In this document: piece after piece, positions 47,897 through 60,000 of the stretch
Numbering within the stretch: the stretch's first letter is position 1
Layout of the letters: every line of letters begins with the position of its first letter
From: Malacoraja senta
Taxonomy: Eukaryota
Assembly: GCA_038087875.1 (NCBI GenBank)
Contig: CM075989.1
Coordinates: forward strand, 18,540,001-18,600,000
Length of the DNA stretch: 60,000 nt
Direction: 5' to 3'
Notes under the pieces: generated by a model
Database searches by the model: none
What the model saw: the letters and a program-made list of their open reading frames with translations, nothing else
What the model was told of the DNA's origin: nothing
Translations under genes and position numbers: made by a program

Positions 47897-48184
47897 AATG
47901 AAAGTAGGTCATCAGCTTGAGAGTAAAACCAAATCATTGAAGGATTTTTGTTTAGAGATACAGTCTGGAAACATGCCCTTCGGCCCACCGAGTCCATGCT
48001 GACCATCGATCACCAGTTCTATGTTATCCCACTTTTTCTCATCCACTCCCTACACACCAGGGGCGATTTACAGAGGCCAGTTAACCTACCAACCCAACAC
48101 CAGGGTTGTGCGTGTCAGAGAGATTAGTCCTGGTGCAGGTGTGGGTGAAGTAATTCAACATGATCTACCCAGAGAATCGTCATA

Positions 48185-48400
48185 GACTCAAAGAGGCAGC
48201 TAGCATCATCATGGACCCACACCACGCTCCCATTTCACTCCTGCCATCAGGAAGAAGGTATATGAGTCTGAAAACTATGACTTCCAGGTTCAGGAACAGC
48301 TTCTTCCCAACGACAATTGAACACTACAAACACCAACTAAATTTTGAACTACGAGTTATCTTGGTTGCATTAGAGACTTTGGGCTTTTGTTTTTGCGCTA
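48185..48400 (+). mobile_element. Rex1/Babar 3' fragment
   Basis: RLKEAASIIMDPHHAPISLLPSGRRYMSLKTMTSRFRNSFFPTTI. Confidence 0.78.
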
Positions 48401-48412
48401 TATTTATATGGA

Positions 48413-48701
48413 GTGGCGCAGTAGTGGAGTTGCTCCCTTACAGCACCAGAGACCCGGGTTCGATCAGGACTACAGTTGCTGTCTGTATGGAGTTTGCATG
48501 TTCTCCCCGTGACCGCATGGGTTTTCTCCGGGTGCTCCGGTTTCCTCCCACACTCCAAAGACGTACAATATTATAGCTTAATTGGCCCTCTGTAAATTGT
48601 CTCTAGTGTGTAGGGTAAAACTAGAGTACGGGTGATCGCTGGTCGGCACGGACTCGATGGGCCGAACGGCCTGCTTCCATGCTGTATCTCTAAAGACTAA
48701 A
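48413..48701 (+). mobile_element. V-SINE
   Basis: A/B boxes, V-domain, tail. Confidence 0.86.
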
Positions 48702-48784
48702 ACAGATTCAATGGTTCAATTATACTTTATTTGGCTATTTTATTTATTTAACTTTTTTTTAACTTGTTCATTATATATGATTTG

Positions 48785-49060
48785 AGAAGTAAGGGACAAA
48801 AGTTTAGGGGTAACATGAGGGGGAACTTCTTTACTCAGAGAGTGGTAGCTGTGTGGAATGAGCTTCCAGTGGAAGTGGTGGAGGCAGGTTCGATTTTATC
48901 ATTTAAAAATAAATTGGATAGTTATATGGACGGGAAAGGAATGGAGGGTTATGGTCTGAGTGCAAGTAGATGGGACTAGGTGAGAGTAAGTGTTCGGCAC
49001 GGACTAGAAGGGCCGAGATGGCCTGTTTCCGTGCTGTAATTGTTATATGGTTATATGTTA
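48785..49060 (+). mobile_element. CR1 3' end, (ttatatgg)n-tail subfamily
   Basis: Near-identical to 23938-24200. Confidence 0.88.
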
Positions 49061-49857
49061 TATATTATCTATTGAGTTATGTGTTTACAAACTTGTTACG
49101 CTGCCGCAAGTAAGAATTTCATTATTCCATTTCAGTCCGTATGATAATTTAAAACACTCTTCACCGAGTGGGTTAAAAAAGGCGGGACATTTTTTGAGTC
49201 AGCATTCACCACTGATAGCCTTTCGGTTCTGGGTTCTGTGAATGGCAAATTATGAGAATGGAAAGCTCTCGGGAACTATGAGTTTAAGATATTTCTGGAG
49301 CCATGGAGCTGAATATCGGAGCTCTGTTGAGTTAGTGAAACAAATGCAATTGCCTCCTCCTCCCTCACAACCCAGATGGCCTTTCCACAAGACCAGGTTC
49401 AATTTCCAACTTCGTGCCCAACTCCTACCTCCTGCCGAGTTGCAACACTAACATATTGCTCCTGGCACAAAAGTAGCTCAAATATGTTCGATGCTAAGGG
49501 GTTAATTAAATTTAAAATAGTTTTGACCAGAGGAACATGAGAAACTCCCACGAAATTCTAATGGGAGAAACAGTTTTTTTTCCCTGAAGGATTTCATGAA
49601 CTTCTGCAATAATTGTGGTTAAAACTGGTCCATGAGGTCCTCCTGTTACTGCATCCAAATGAAACCCCAGTGGTAACGGATTAATGTGGGCCACATGCAT
49701 GGATCTCATCACTGAACATTCACAATAACCCCAGAAAAAATATGAGAGAGGTCCATCTGAAAAACTCATCCTACTTGTTCCAGTTCATTGTCGTACAGTG
49801 AAGTACAGGTACAATGTAAATATAGTTTGCAACAGCAACACAGGTGCATAGACTCAG

Positions 49858-50165
49858 TCTTTAGACTTTAGAGATTCAGCATGGAAACAGGCCCTTCGGC
49901 CCACCGAGTCCGTTCTGACCAGTGATCACCCCACACACTAGCCCTATCCTACACGCTACGAACAATTTACAATTTACAGAAGCTAATTAACCTACAAACC
50001 TGTGCGTCTTTGGAGTGTGGGAGGAAACCGGAGCACCCGGACATAACCCTCGCGGTCTCGGGGAGAACGTGCAAACTCCGTACAGACAGCACCCGTAGTC
50101 AGGATCGAACTCAGGACTCTGGCGCTGTAAGGCAGCAACTCTACCGCTGCACCACTGTGCTGCCC
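49858..50165 (-). mobile_element. V-SINE
   Basis: Full head, V-domain and tail. Confidence 0.88.
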
Positions 50166-50374
50166 AAGCTCTGTGAAATGACACATAAGTTTCCAAAAGA
50201 AAGACTGTTTCCAAAAAAAAGACATTAGTGGAAAACCATAATTAGCAAAGAAAAAAAATGGTGCCCATTAGAGCAAGAGGTGGTCCGTGGTGATCTGTTG
50301 TCGAGGCAGTTGGGGGCAGATGCTTTAGCAACATTTAAAAGATGTTTGGACAGGTACATGGATAGGAAAGGTTT

Positions 50375-50765
50375 ATAGAAACATAGAAAATAGGTGCAGG
50401 AGTAGGCCATTCGGCCCTTCAAGCCAGCACTGCTATTCAATATGATCATGGCTGATCATCCAAAATCAGTACCCCGTTCCTGCTTTCTCCCCATATCCCT
50501 TGATTCCTTTAGCCCTAAGAGCTAAATCTAACTTTCTCTTGAAAACATCCAGTGAGTTGGCCTCCACTGCCTTCTGTGGCAGAGAATTGCACAGATTCAC
50601 AACTCTCTGGGTGAAAAAGTTTTCCCTCATCTCAGTCATAAATGGCTACCCCTTATTCATGAACTGTGACCCCTGGTTCTGGACTCCCCCAACATCGGGA
50701 ACATTTTTCCTGCATCTTCCCTGTCGAATCCTCTAAGAATTTTATACGTTTTCTATAAGATCCCC
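50375..50765 (-). mobile_element. CR1 3' end nested in an older plus-strand CR1 3' UTR
   Basis: Tail atagaaacatagaaa; host resumes at agagggatatggg (50768). Confidence 0.86.
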
Positions 50766-52055
50766 ATAGAGGGATATGGGCCCAACGTGGCAGGTGGGAC
50801 TAGTGGAATTGGCCCATCTTGGTCGGAATGGACAAGTTGGGCCGAAGGGCTGTATCCATGATGTACGACTTTATGGGTATTCAGAGAGATATCGGATCGC
50901 CCCTTACTATTAGTTCAGATGCAAGAGGGAGCAGTTGATTTACTAGAGGTCTTTTGCAACGAGATGCAAAGAATCAAAAATACTATGTGAACCACTGCCT
51001 CGCCACAGTAGTGCGGCCCTCTGTGGGAACTGTTGATCACATTCCAGCATTCTGCTAATATGCCCCGTAAATCACCAGGTTATTTTGCTTTAATGATAAT
51101 CATTATAATTTAAAAGAAAAACTTCTGACGTGCCTTTCACGGAAATATTTAAATTAATACTTTCTTGTGCAATCAGCAACGAACCATAAAAAATAAAATA
51201 AACCATGTCAGCCATCATTACCACATGGGATGCATACATTTTTTCGGGAACTTTAATTACAATTATGTTGTAGAAAGCCTAACACAGCAGCCCATTCTTC
51301 AGGTCATATAGAGGTTCATACAGTGCGGAAACAGGCCCTTCGGCCCAACTTGCCAACACTGGCCAACATGTCCCAGCTACACTGGTCCCACCTGCCTGCG
51401 TTTGGCAGGTATCCCCCTAATCCTGTCCTAATCCTGTTTAGTTGTTTCTTAAACGTTGCGACAGTCTCTGCCTCAACTACCTCCTCCGGCAGCTCGTTCC
51501 AAACACCCGCCATCCTTTGTGTGGAAAACTTTACCCCTCAGATACCTATTACATTTTTTCCTTTTCAGATTCAATAGGAATCTGTGGGGTAACTTTTTCA
51601 CACAGAGGGTGGAGGGTGTACGATCGTATCGCATTTATTCAGGACTCAGACAGATACATTTCTCCAAAAATGTCCAATTGTTGTCTATTTGTGACTGTCT
51701 CATGTTTTTACTCTGCATCGGAGTAATCACCATTACTGAACAGAGATGCAACTTACAGGGATATTAAATTAGTTCAGTACAGGCTGACTCCTGGGATTAG
51801 AGAGAAGAAATTTGTTCGGTTGCAACAAATTCCAATCAGTTAATGGAAAATTCATTTCACCCTTGCACAGTTGAGCAAACGGCAAAATACATGTTCAGGT
51901 TTATACTTAATTTTGTAAAATTATATCTTGCAGTATCGGGAAACCCAATATCTTGTCTTGGTCTTGGTTTCTTGGTCCTCCAAAATATTCCAAATGGAAT
52001 TTAAACTGGAGGTTTAGATTTAGAAATAAATCATAAACCACTCTTTATTTAGTTA

Positions 52056-52340
52056 TGTTTAGAGATACAGTGTGGAAACAGGCCCTTCGGCCCACTAAAT
52101 CCATGCTGATCATCGATCGTCTTTTCACACTGTATCTGTTATCCCACTCTAACACTCCCTACACACTAGGGGCAATTTACAGAGGCCGATTAACCAACAA
52201 ACGTTTGTGATGTGGGAGGAAACCGGAGCACCTGGAGGAAACCCACACAGTTGCAGGGAGAACGTACAAACTCCACACAGACAGCACCCAAGGTCTCCGG
52301 CGTTGTGAGGCAGCAGCTCTACCAACTGCTTCACTGTACT
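52056..52340 (-). mobile_element. Diverged V-SINE
   Basis: Tail, V-domain and partial head. Confidence 0.78.
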
Positions 52341-52752
52341 GTCCTTGATCACTGTGAATATTTCAGTGCAGGCTTGATTTATCACAAAACAATGGTTCTG
52401 TTTAAAAACCTATTTTAAGCAAGCCATACTGTTCAATGCTTCTCTCCTGCCCAATACAACTTGATGAGCAGGATGACCATACATGAAAGTGGTGTCGCAG
52501 GTAGGCAAGGTTGTGAACAAGGCTTTTCATAAGCTAGCCTTCATCGGTCAGGGAATTAAATATATTTTACCGTTTTGTCTCCCTCTTCCCATTCCACTGC
52601 TAACCTTTCTGCCCTGGGCCTCTTCCATTGTTAGAGTCAGGCCACACACAAACAGCTTACGGCCCAACGGTATGAACATTAAATTCTCCAATTGTAGGTT
52701 ACTACAAACCCTCCCTTCATTCACTCCCCCCCCCCCCCCTCCCCCTACTCTT

Positions 52753-53325
52753 CACCTGGAGTATTGCGTACAGTTTTGGTCTCCTAATCTGAGGGAAGAC
52801 ATTCTTGCCATAGAGGGAAGTACAGAGAAGGTTCACCAGACTGATTCCTGGGATGTCAGGACTTTCATATGAAGAAAGACTGGATAGACTCGGTTTGTAC
52901 TCGCTAGAATTTAGAAGATTGAGGGGGGATCTTATAGAAACGTACAAAATTCTTAAGGGGTTGGACAGGCTAGATGCAGGAAGATTGTTCCCGATGTTGG
53001 GGAAGTCCAGAACAAGGGGTCACAGTTTAAGGATAAGGGGGAAATCTTTTAGGACCGAGATGAGGAAAACATTTTTCACACAGAGAGTGGTGAATCTCTG
53101 GAATTCTCTGCCACAGAAGGTAGTTGAGGCCAGTTCATTGGCTATATTTAAGAGGGAGTTAGATGTGGCCCTTGTGGCTAAAGGGATCAGGGGGTATGGA
53201 GAGAAAGCAGGTACAGGATACTGAGTTGGATGATCAGCCATGATCATATTGAACGGCGGTGCAGGCTCGAAGGGCCGAATGGCCTACTCCTGCACCTATT
53301 TTCTATGTTTCTATGTTTCTATGTT
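52753..53325 (+). mobile_element. Young CR1 3' fragment inserted in a Penelope remnant (52585-52750 / 53326-53430)
   Basis: [14 protein letters not shown]...GYGEKAGTGY*; tail (ttctatgt)x3. Confidence 0.92.
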
Positions 53326-53431
53326 TCACACCCCCACCCCTGTGCCCCACCTAGACACGTACCTATTTCTCCCCTCCCCTTCCATCTCCATTCCTTCCTC
53401 TACCTCCACCTTCAATCCTTTTGCCTCACAC

Positions 53432-53902
53432 CAGAAATGAGTGGGGTTGACCTATGATGAGCATTTGTCGGCACTGGGCCTGGACTCGCTGAGGTTTACA
53501 AGAATAAAGGGGGATCTCAATGAAACATATAGAATAGTGAAAGGCTTGGATAGAGTGGATATGGAGAGGATGTTTCCACTAGTGGGAGAGTCTAGGACTA
53601 AAGGTCATAGCCTCAGAATTAAAGGACGTTCTTTTAGGAAGGAGATGAAGAGAGATTTCTTTAGTCAGAGGGTGGTGAATCTGTGGAATTCGTTGCCACA
53701 GAAGGCTGTGGAGGCCAAGTCAGTGGATATTTTTAAGGCAGTGATCGATAGATTCTTGATTGGTACGTCAGAGGTTATGAGAAGACAGGAGAATGGGGTT
53801 AGGAGGGAGAGATGGATCAGCCATGATTGAATGGCGGAGTGGGCGATGGGCCGAATGGTCTAATTCTACTTATGACCATCTGACCTACATGACCTTATGA
53901 CC
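53432..53902 (+). mobile_element. CR1 3' fragment, (ttatgacc)n-tail subfamily
   Basis: GLTYDEHLSALGL...FFSQRVVNLWNSLP. Confidence 0.88.
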
Positions 53903-55409
53903 TTCTGTCATTCCATCTCTGGCCTTTGTCCAACCATCTGCCTATCAAAAACCCTATTCTCCTGAATCCACCTAGTACTTGCCAGATTTTGTCCTGCCCT
54001 CCTCTCTTCCAGCTTTATCTCCCTACCACCATCAATCTGAAGAAGATCACCTATCCATATTCTGCAGAAATGCTGCCTGGCCCGCTGAGTTACTCCAGCA
54101 CGTTGTGTCTTATTTCGTTAACCAACATTTGCAGTTCCTTAATTCTACAATTGAACATAGAGGTTGGGCCATTATGTTACAGTTGTCCGAGATGTTGGTG
54201 AGGCCACACTTGGAGTAATTGCGCTCAGTTTTGGTCTCGTTGCTGTGGGGAAGATGTCATTAAGCTGCCTGGTCAGTTCTACTTTCTCTTCCCTCTAATG
54301 TATAAATAACCGGGCGAATATTGCTACGTGGATATTTTCCAAAATTGTTCCTTTCTATTTCAGCAAAACCAGTTGAAGTACAGCACTCAATTTAATGGAC
54401 AAAAGGACGCAAAGTGCTGGAGTAACTCAGTAGGTCAGGCAGCATCTCCGGAGATCTCTGGAATCTCTCAATTTAATGGAATATTTTGCATTCTGTGAGA
54501 CTGCATCTCCCTCTGCTGGACGGCTAATATAAAAGGCAAGGCAGCTCAGACAGTCCACTGCATCCACCCTGACAGACCAGTCCCTATTAATTACACTCGG
54601 ACAAGTACATGGATGGGTATATGGGTAGAGGGATATGGGCCAGGCATGGACTAATGAGACTAGTATTAATTGGGTATCTTGGTCGGCATGGATGAGTTGG
54701 GCCTAAGGGCCTGTTTCTATGCTGTGTGACTCCAAAAATAGACACAAAATGCTGGAGTAACTCAGCGGGACAGGCAGCATCTCTGGAGCGAAGGAATGGG
54801 TGACGTTTTGCGTCGAGACCCTACTTCAGACAGTGGGACTCCATGACTATGGTTCATGTGGATTAGGCATAGAGATATTCTCCAAGATTCAATTCGAGAA
54901 GCGTTCAAAACTCCAACATCGGAAGTATTTTGGGCAATACATGAGGTAGTTCCGAATGGACCAGAGTTGCCTCCACATTTGACGTTTATTCAATTGAATC
55001 TTGGAAAGTGGCTGAATGGCGGAGGAGACGATGGGCCGAATGGCCTAATTATGCTCCTAGCACTTATGAACACATAATATAAATTGCATTTTTATTACAG
55101 ACCAACTCTCAGTGAAGCTGCTCTGCTAAATACAACCCCATCCAGCTGGCAAGGGGTTTCCGTGATAAACCCAACCTGTTCCTTCCTGAGGTTTTTGCGG
55201 ATATCATGCAGGTTGGCTGAAAACCTGCCTTCCCTATTATTCTCTCGATGACACTGCTTTTAACTCCGAAGATGCCAAAGCCAATTCACTGTTGTTCCTC
55301 ACTCTAAAGTCGCAACATGAAGGCTCTTTGCAAAGCCAAACATAAAGCAACAGGAGACGGCAAACATCTGTCGAGGCCCCATGTTATAATTACATTCCTT
55401 TTTGTAATA

Positions 55410-55810
55410 GTCATAGAGTCTTACAGCATGGAAACAGACCCTTTGGCCCAACTTGCCCACAGCAGCCAACATGGACCCATCTACACTAGTACCATCTACA
55501 CTTGTCCCACCTGCCTGCGTTTGGCCCATATCCCTCTAATCCCAGTCCTATCCAAGTACTTGTCTAAGTGTTTCTTAAACATTGCGATAGTCCCTGCCTC
55601 AACTAGCTCCTCCTGCAGCACGTTCCACACACCCACCACCCTTTGTGTGAAAAAGTTACCCCTCGGGTCCTATTAAATCTTTCCCCCCCCCTCACCTTAA
55701 ACCTATGTCCTCTGGTTCTTGATTCTCTGGACAAGAGACTCTGTGCGTCTACCCTCTCTATTCCTCTCATTACTTTGTACACCTCATTATGATCACCCCT
55801 CATCCTCTTT
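55410..55810 (-). mobile_element. CR1 3' fragment (HER1-like)
   Basis: RMRGDHNEVYKVMRGIERVDAQSL...TRGHRFKV. Confidence 0.82.
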
Positions 55811-55914
55811 AACACTTCAAATACTTTAACACTTTCATTGCAGAAATATTAGCTGCTATTAAAAATCATGCTTTTAATTTCTCCCCTGAAATCTCTGACC
55901 TAATTCTCTAAGCT

Positions 55915-56125
55915 AGGTGTAGAAATTGGGAGTTCATGTTGAAGTTAGATAAGACGTCGCTGAGACCACATTTAGAGTATTGTGTTCAGTTTTGAACACC
56001 ATGTTATAGGAAAAATGCTGTCAAACTGGAAAGGGTGCAGAGAAGATTTACGAGGATGTTGCCAGGACTCGAGGGCCTGAGCTATATAGGGAGAGGTTGA
56101 GCAGGCTCAGACTTTATTCTTGTAG
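55915..56125 (+). mobile_element. CR1 ORF2 fragment
   Basis: [10 protein letters not shown]...LERVQRRFTRMLPGLEGLSY. Confidence 0.8.
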
Positions 56126-56376
56126 CTCAGGTGGATAATGGGGTGATCCTCATCCCTGATGTGAACAATGTCCTCACTGACTATTCTTAAGGTTTCCAGG
56201 AGAGGGAGCTATTGCATCCGATCAGAAGATTAACCCAGCAGCCTGGCTTACTGACAGACAGTTTGGTCAACATGATCAAGATACCTATAAATGGAGTACA
56301 TTAATTGTAAGAAGACATAAGTGACGAGTACTAATGTATGTGGTTGTAATGTAATGTACTAATAAATAAAAATTAA

Positions 56377-56576
56377 NNNNNNNNNNNNNNNNNNNNNNNN
56401 NNNNNNNNNNNNNNNNNNNNNNNNNNNNNNNNNNNNNNNNNNNNNNNNNNNNNNNNNNNNNNNNNNNNNNNNNNNNNNNNNNNNNNNNNNNNNNNNNNNN
56501 NNNNNNNNNNNNNNNNNNNNNNNNNNNNNNNNNNNNNNNNNNNNNNNNNNNNNNNNNNNNNNNNNNNNNNNNNNNN
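56377..56576. other. Assembly gap (200 N)
   Basis: Run of N. Confidence 1.
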
Positions 56577-56725
56577 TGTCACCCTGTCACTGACCCTACC
56601 CCTGTCCTCCACCCCACCCATCCCCATACTTATTGTTATCTCCCTCCTTCAATTCCCAACCCTACCCCTCTCCTTTCTCCCCCCCCTCCCCGCTATCATC
56701 CTTCCTCACCCCCCTCGCCCACCAG

Positions 56726-56772
56726 TGCACGGATAATGCAGGCGGCAGTGATGCAGCGGCTCCTGTCATTCC
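56726..56772 (+). other. Candidate 47-nt exon
   Basis: Long pyrimidine tract then ccaccag| ... |gtgagt; TE-poor flank; product not recognised. Confidence 0.3.
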
Positions 56773-57859
56773 GTGAGTGTGTGCTAAGCCCGAATTAACT
56801 TGTGTCTAAGCCTTGCCATAGTTGCACGGGTCGGTGCCTGTTACTGCTGCATTAATTCTTTACCGGCTTCTCACCCTAAGCAAATACCTGTGTAGTTGTT
56901 CACCGCAGCTCTGCAGCTCTCACATGATTTTTGATGAATTGTGAGTATCAGCACAATCAGATATCTCCCTGTTCTGTTTCAAGGGAAGAAACTATTGCCA
57001 TTATTATTGCTGTAACGGTAGGGATTGGCTGATGGTGTAATATGTTGTGTGCTGCTTGCTGACTTGATCGCATTAATAAATCATGGTGCTGAAACAGTCT
57101 GACTGTGACCCCCTTCAGAATTTCCAACAGGTTTCCATAACTTGTTTTGTTATAGTACTGCAATTGTGCCAGAACAAAACTACGCACAGATGCAATCTGG
57201 GATACTGCATAACACATAGTCCGTAACTGCAGTGTTTATTTTGGATGAGAATGATGAGACAGAGGGATTAGATCATACAGTACAAATCATTGAAATCAGG
57301 TCTTGCAGTTTATAAGTACAAAACGGAAACAAATTTCCTTCACAGGCTAAATAAATGTCTGTAACCACTTCAGTAAATGTTGTGCCTTAATAGGCTTTTG
57401 TCATCAACAGTGGTTGATAATTCCTAAGAAATCTAATGCATTCGTCCTTTTAATGAACTCATGCTATTTGAATTAATACAAAAGTAACCGAATCTTGGTG
57501 AGAGTTGCAGTAGCAGAGAAACGTGCCACATGGTTACGTTGTGTCAAACATTCCCTGCAGCAAATGCTGGCTTTAACTCATTAGAGTTTTTACAAAACTA
57601 AATTTAGTTGTGACTTTTTGATTATAAATCAGATTTGTATAATACAACTGTAGGCTAAATACAGTTGACACAACTGCTTTGAGTTCAGGACAGTGGATGT
57701 TCTGTGGATATACAAAACAAAGGAATCAAGGGATGTGCAGGAAAGTAGCTTAGATTATAATATTAGTTACGACTTTATTTGAAGGATGAACCAGGCATGA
57801 GGAGCGGGATTGGCTGCTCCTATTTATGTTCTTGTGTTCAACTTTAAGTATGTATTCTA

Positions 57860-58170
57860 AGCCAAAAGTGTAGTTTTGCAGCACCTAGCAAAGTAGGGAG
57901 AATCCAGGGAACTACAGGTTGGTGAGCCTCACATCAGTAGAAGGAAGAAATTGGAGAGAATTCTTTGCAATAGGATTTGCACTCATTTGGAAGAGAATGG
58001 GCTAATTAGGGATAGCCAACACAGGTTTGCACATGGCAGGTAGTGTTTCACTAACTTGATTGAGGTTTTTTTTAGGAGGTGACAAAGGAGATTGATGAAG
58101 GTGGGGTGGTGGATGGTGTATACATGGATTTTAGTAAGGCTTTTGACAAAGTTCTTCATGGTAGGCTGAC
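57860..58170 (+). mobile_element. Old CR1 RT fragment
   Basis: PGNYRLVSLTSV, SQHRF, VYMDFSKAFDKV. Confidence 0.8.
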
Positions 58171-59269
58171 ATTTTCTTCTGATGCATTCACTTACACACC
58201 AGGGGCAATTTACAATGGCCAATTAATGTACCAATGACACCTCTCTGGGATGTTGGAAGAAGCCTATATGGTCACAGGGAAAGCAAGCAATCTTTAGTGC
58301 TAGCGCCTCAGGTCAGGATTGAACCCAGGCCTCTGGTATTGTGAGGAGTGGCTCTACCAGCTGTGCCATCATGCTGCCATTTCTCCAGTCAATTTTGACA
58401 CAAAGGAATGTCAGATAGTTACCCAGATAATCAGGGTAGTTGGTCAGTCAGGCCAAATCAGCTTCTCCTCATTCATTAATGACCTTTCGCCCATCTTGAG
58501 ATCACAAAGCTGGCTTTTGCAGATAACTACACATTATTCAATCCCATTCAACAGGATATAGATGGTCAGACTTTATTTACAGCAGAGAAATAGACCTTTC
58601 AATCGAGCACATCCAATCTTTCTTCGTCTATCTACACCAATCTCACTTGCCCATATTAGGATGACATCCTCCTTTGCCTTGCCGGTTTAAGTATCTGTGT
58701 ACATGTCTCTTAAATGTAGTAATTGTCTCTGATTCCACTACCACCTCTGACAGCATGTTATAGATACCATCCACACTCTGGGTAATAACAAAAACCGAAT
58801 GCTCATATTCCCATTAAAACTTCCTACCTCTCACTTTCAATCTATGTCCAAAGATATACACAAAGTGCTGCAGTAACTCAGTGGATCAGGCAGCATCTCT
58901 GGAGATAAAGGATAGGTGGTGTTTCGGGTCGGAACCCTTCCTCTGACCTGCTGAGTTACTCCAGCACTTTGTGTCTATCTTTGTTATAAACCAGCATCTG
59001 CAGTTTATTGTTTCTACTTAAATCTACGTCCTCCTGTTTTGATATCCTTATGATGGTAAAATCTACTCAATCTATGCTTCTTGGAATCTTTCAGGGAAAA
59101 CATGCCAAGCCTATCCAACTCTTCCCATAACTGAAGTCCTCCAATCTACATAACACTTAGTGAATCTTCTTTGCACTCTCTCCAGCCCAGTCACATCCTT
59201 GTTATACTGTGGTGACTAGAAATGCACAGATTGTGTAAGTGTGAGAAGACTAACACTAGTTAAAAAAAC

Positions 59270-59875
59270 AAACAGCATGTTGACGTTTTATTACAAGGAA
59301 GTTGGGATTTAGAATTGGGGAAGTATTGTTATATTTGTACAGCGTGTTGGTGAGGGCACACCTGGAATACTGTACAATGTTGGTCACCTTAATTAGCAAA
59401 CGATATATTGGCAAAAGAGATTCACCAAGCTGATTCCTGGAAAGAGAGGATTGACCTAAAATGAGATGCAAAAGATATTACCGTATATATTCACTGAAGT
59501 TTAGATGAATAACAAGTGCTGGAAACGTCTAAGATGCAAAGGGAACATGAAAGGCTAAATGTTCAGATGTTTCCGTCTGTGGAAGGGTCTAATGAGGTGA
59601 TGTAGATATGAGACAAGAGAAGCAATCATTTAAAACCAAAATGTGTGCTAATTTATTTTTGGTGGTGAGTCTCTAGAATTCTCTACCCCAGAACATTGTG
59701 GTGGCTAGAGATAAAATGTAAATAAATAAATATTTCAAAGATCAGGGAATTGAGGGCTGTGGAGAGCTGATAAAGAAGATGAGTTGTGATCTGGTACTAA
59801 TCAGCCATGCTTGCATTGAATGTGTGGCAGACCTGTGAGTGTAGGTAGCCTATTCCTGTTTTTAGTGTTCTTTAT
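59270..59875 (+). mobile_element. Old CR1 3' fragment
   Basis: LYSVLVRAHLEYC; degenerate 3' UTR with atcagccatg. Confidence 0.7.
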
Positions 59876-60000
59876 AATTCTTCATATATTGAAACCCTTT
59901 CTGCCCATTATTGTAAACTCTTTATGACAAGAGGGCTTGGCTGGTAAACAGAAAACAATATATGCATGGATTAGCCCCATTGAAGAACTCCCTGATAACC

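Noticed and set aside
56373..56627. ORF with X residues
   Set aside because: Artefact of the N gap.

Overview
Eukaryotic, repeat-dense intronic/intergenic DNA, most likely from a cartilaginous fish (skate/ray; inferred from HE1/V-SINE-type SINEs and the CR1, Rex1/Babar and Penelope repeat mix). No host protein-coding gene is recognisable; there is one weak candidate micro-exon at 56726-56772. The long protein-like ORFs are retrotransposon-derived: an uninterrupted CR1 ORF2 (APE endonuclease + RT, 29957-32758) nested inside a Penelope GIY-YIG fragment, and a frameshifted L1-clade ORF2 (18165-20645, minus strand). The rest is nested CR1 3' ends, tRNA-derived SINEs, Penelope pseudo-LTR fragments, PIF/Harbinger-type MITEs, a G-free minisatellite and a 200-N gap. 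The most notable signal is RNA-level: three unrelated retroelement types carry self-cleaving ribozyme folds. These are (1) a 137-bp SINE-like insert whose exact 5' end is a minimal HDV-like ribozyme (40244-40297, minus), (2) a ~405-bp RTE-like non-autonomous element headed by an HDV-like ribozyme with a large P4 (11012-11155), and (3) many Penelope-derived fragments with a minimal hammerhead core. All folds were derived by hand and activity is untested. Family names come from recalled motifs, not database searches, and boundaries of old repeats are approximate.
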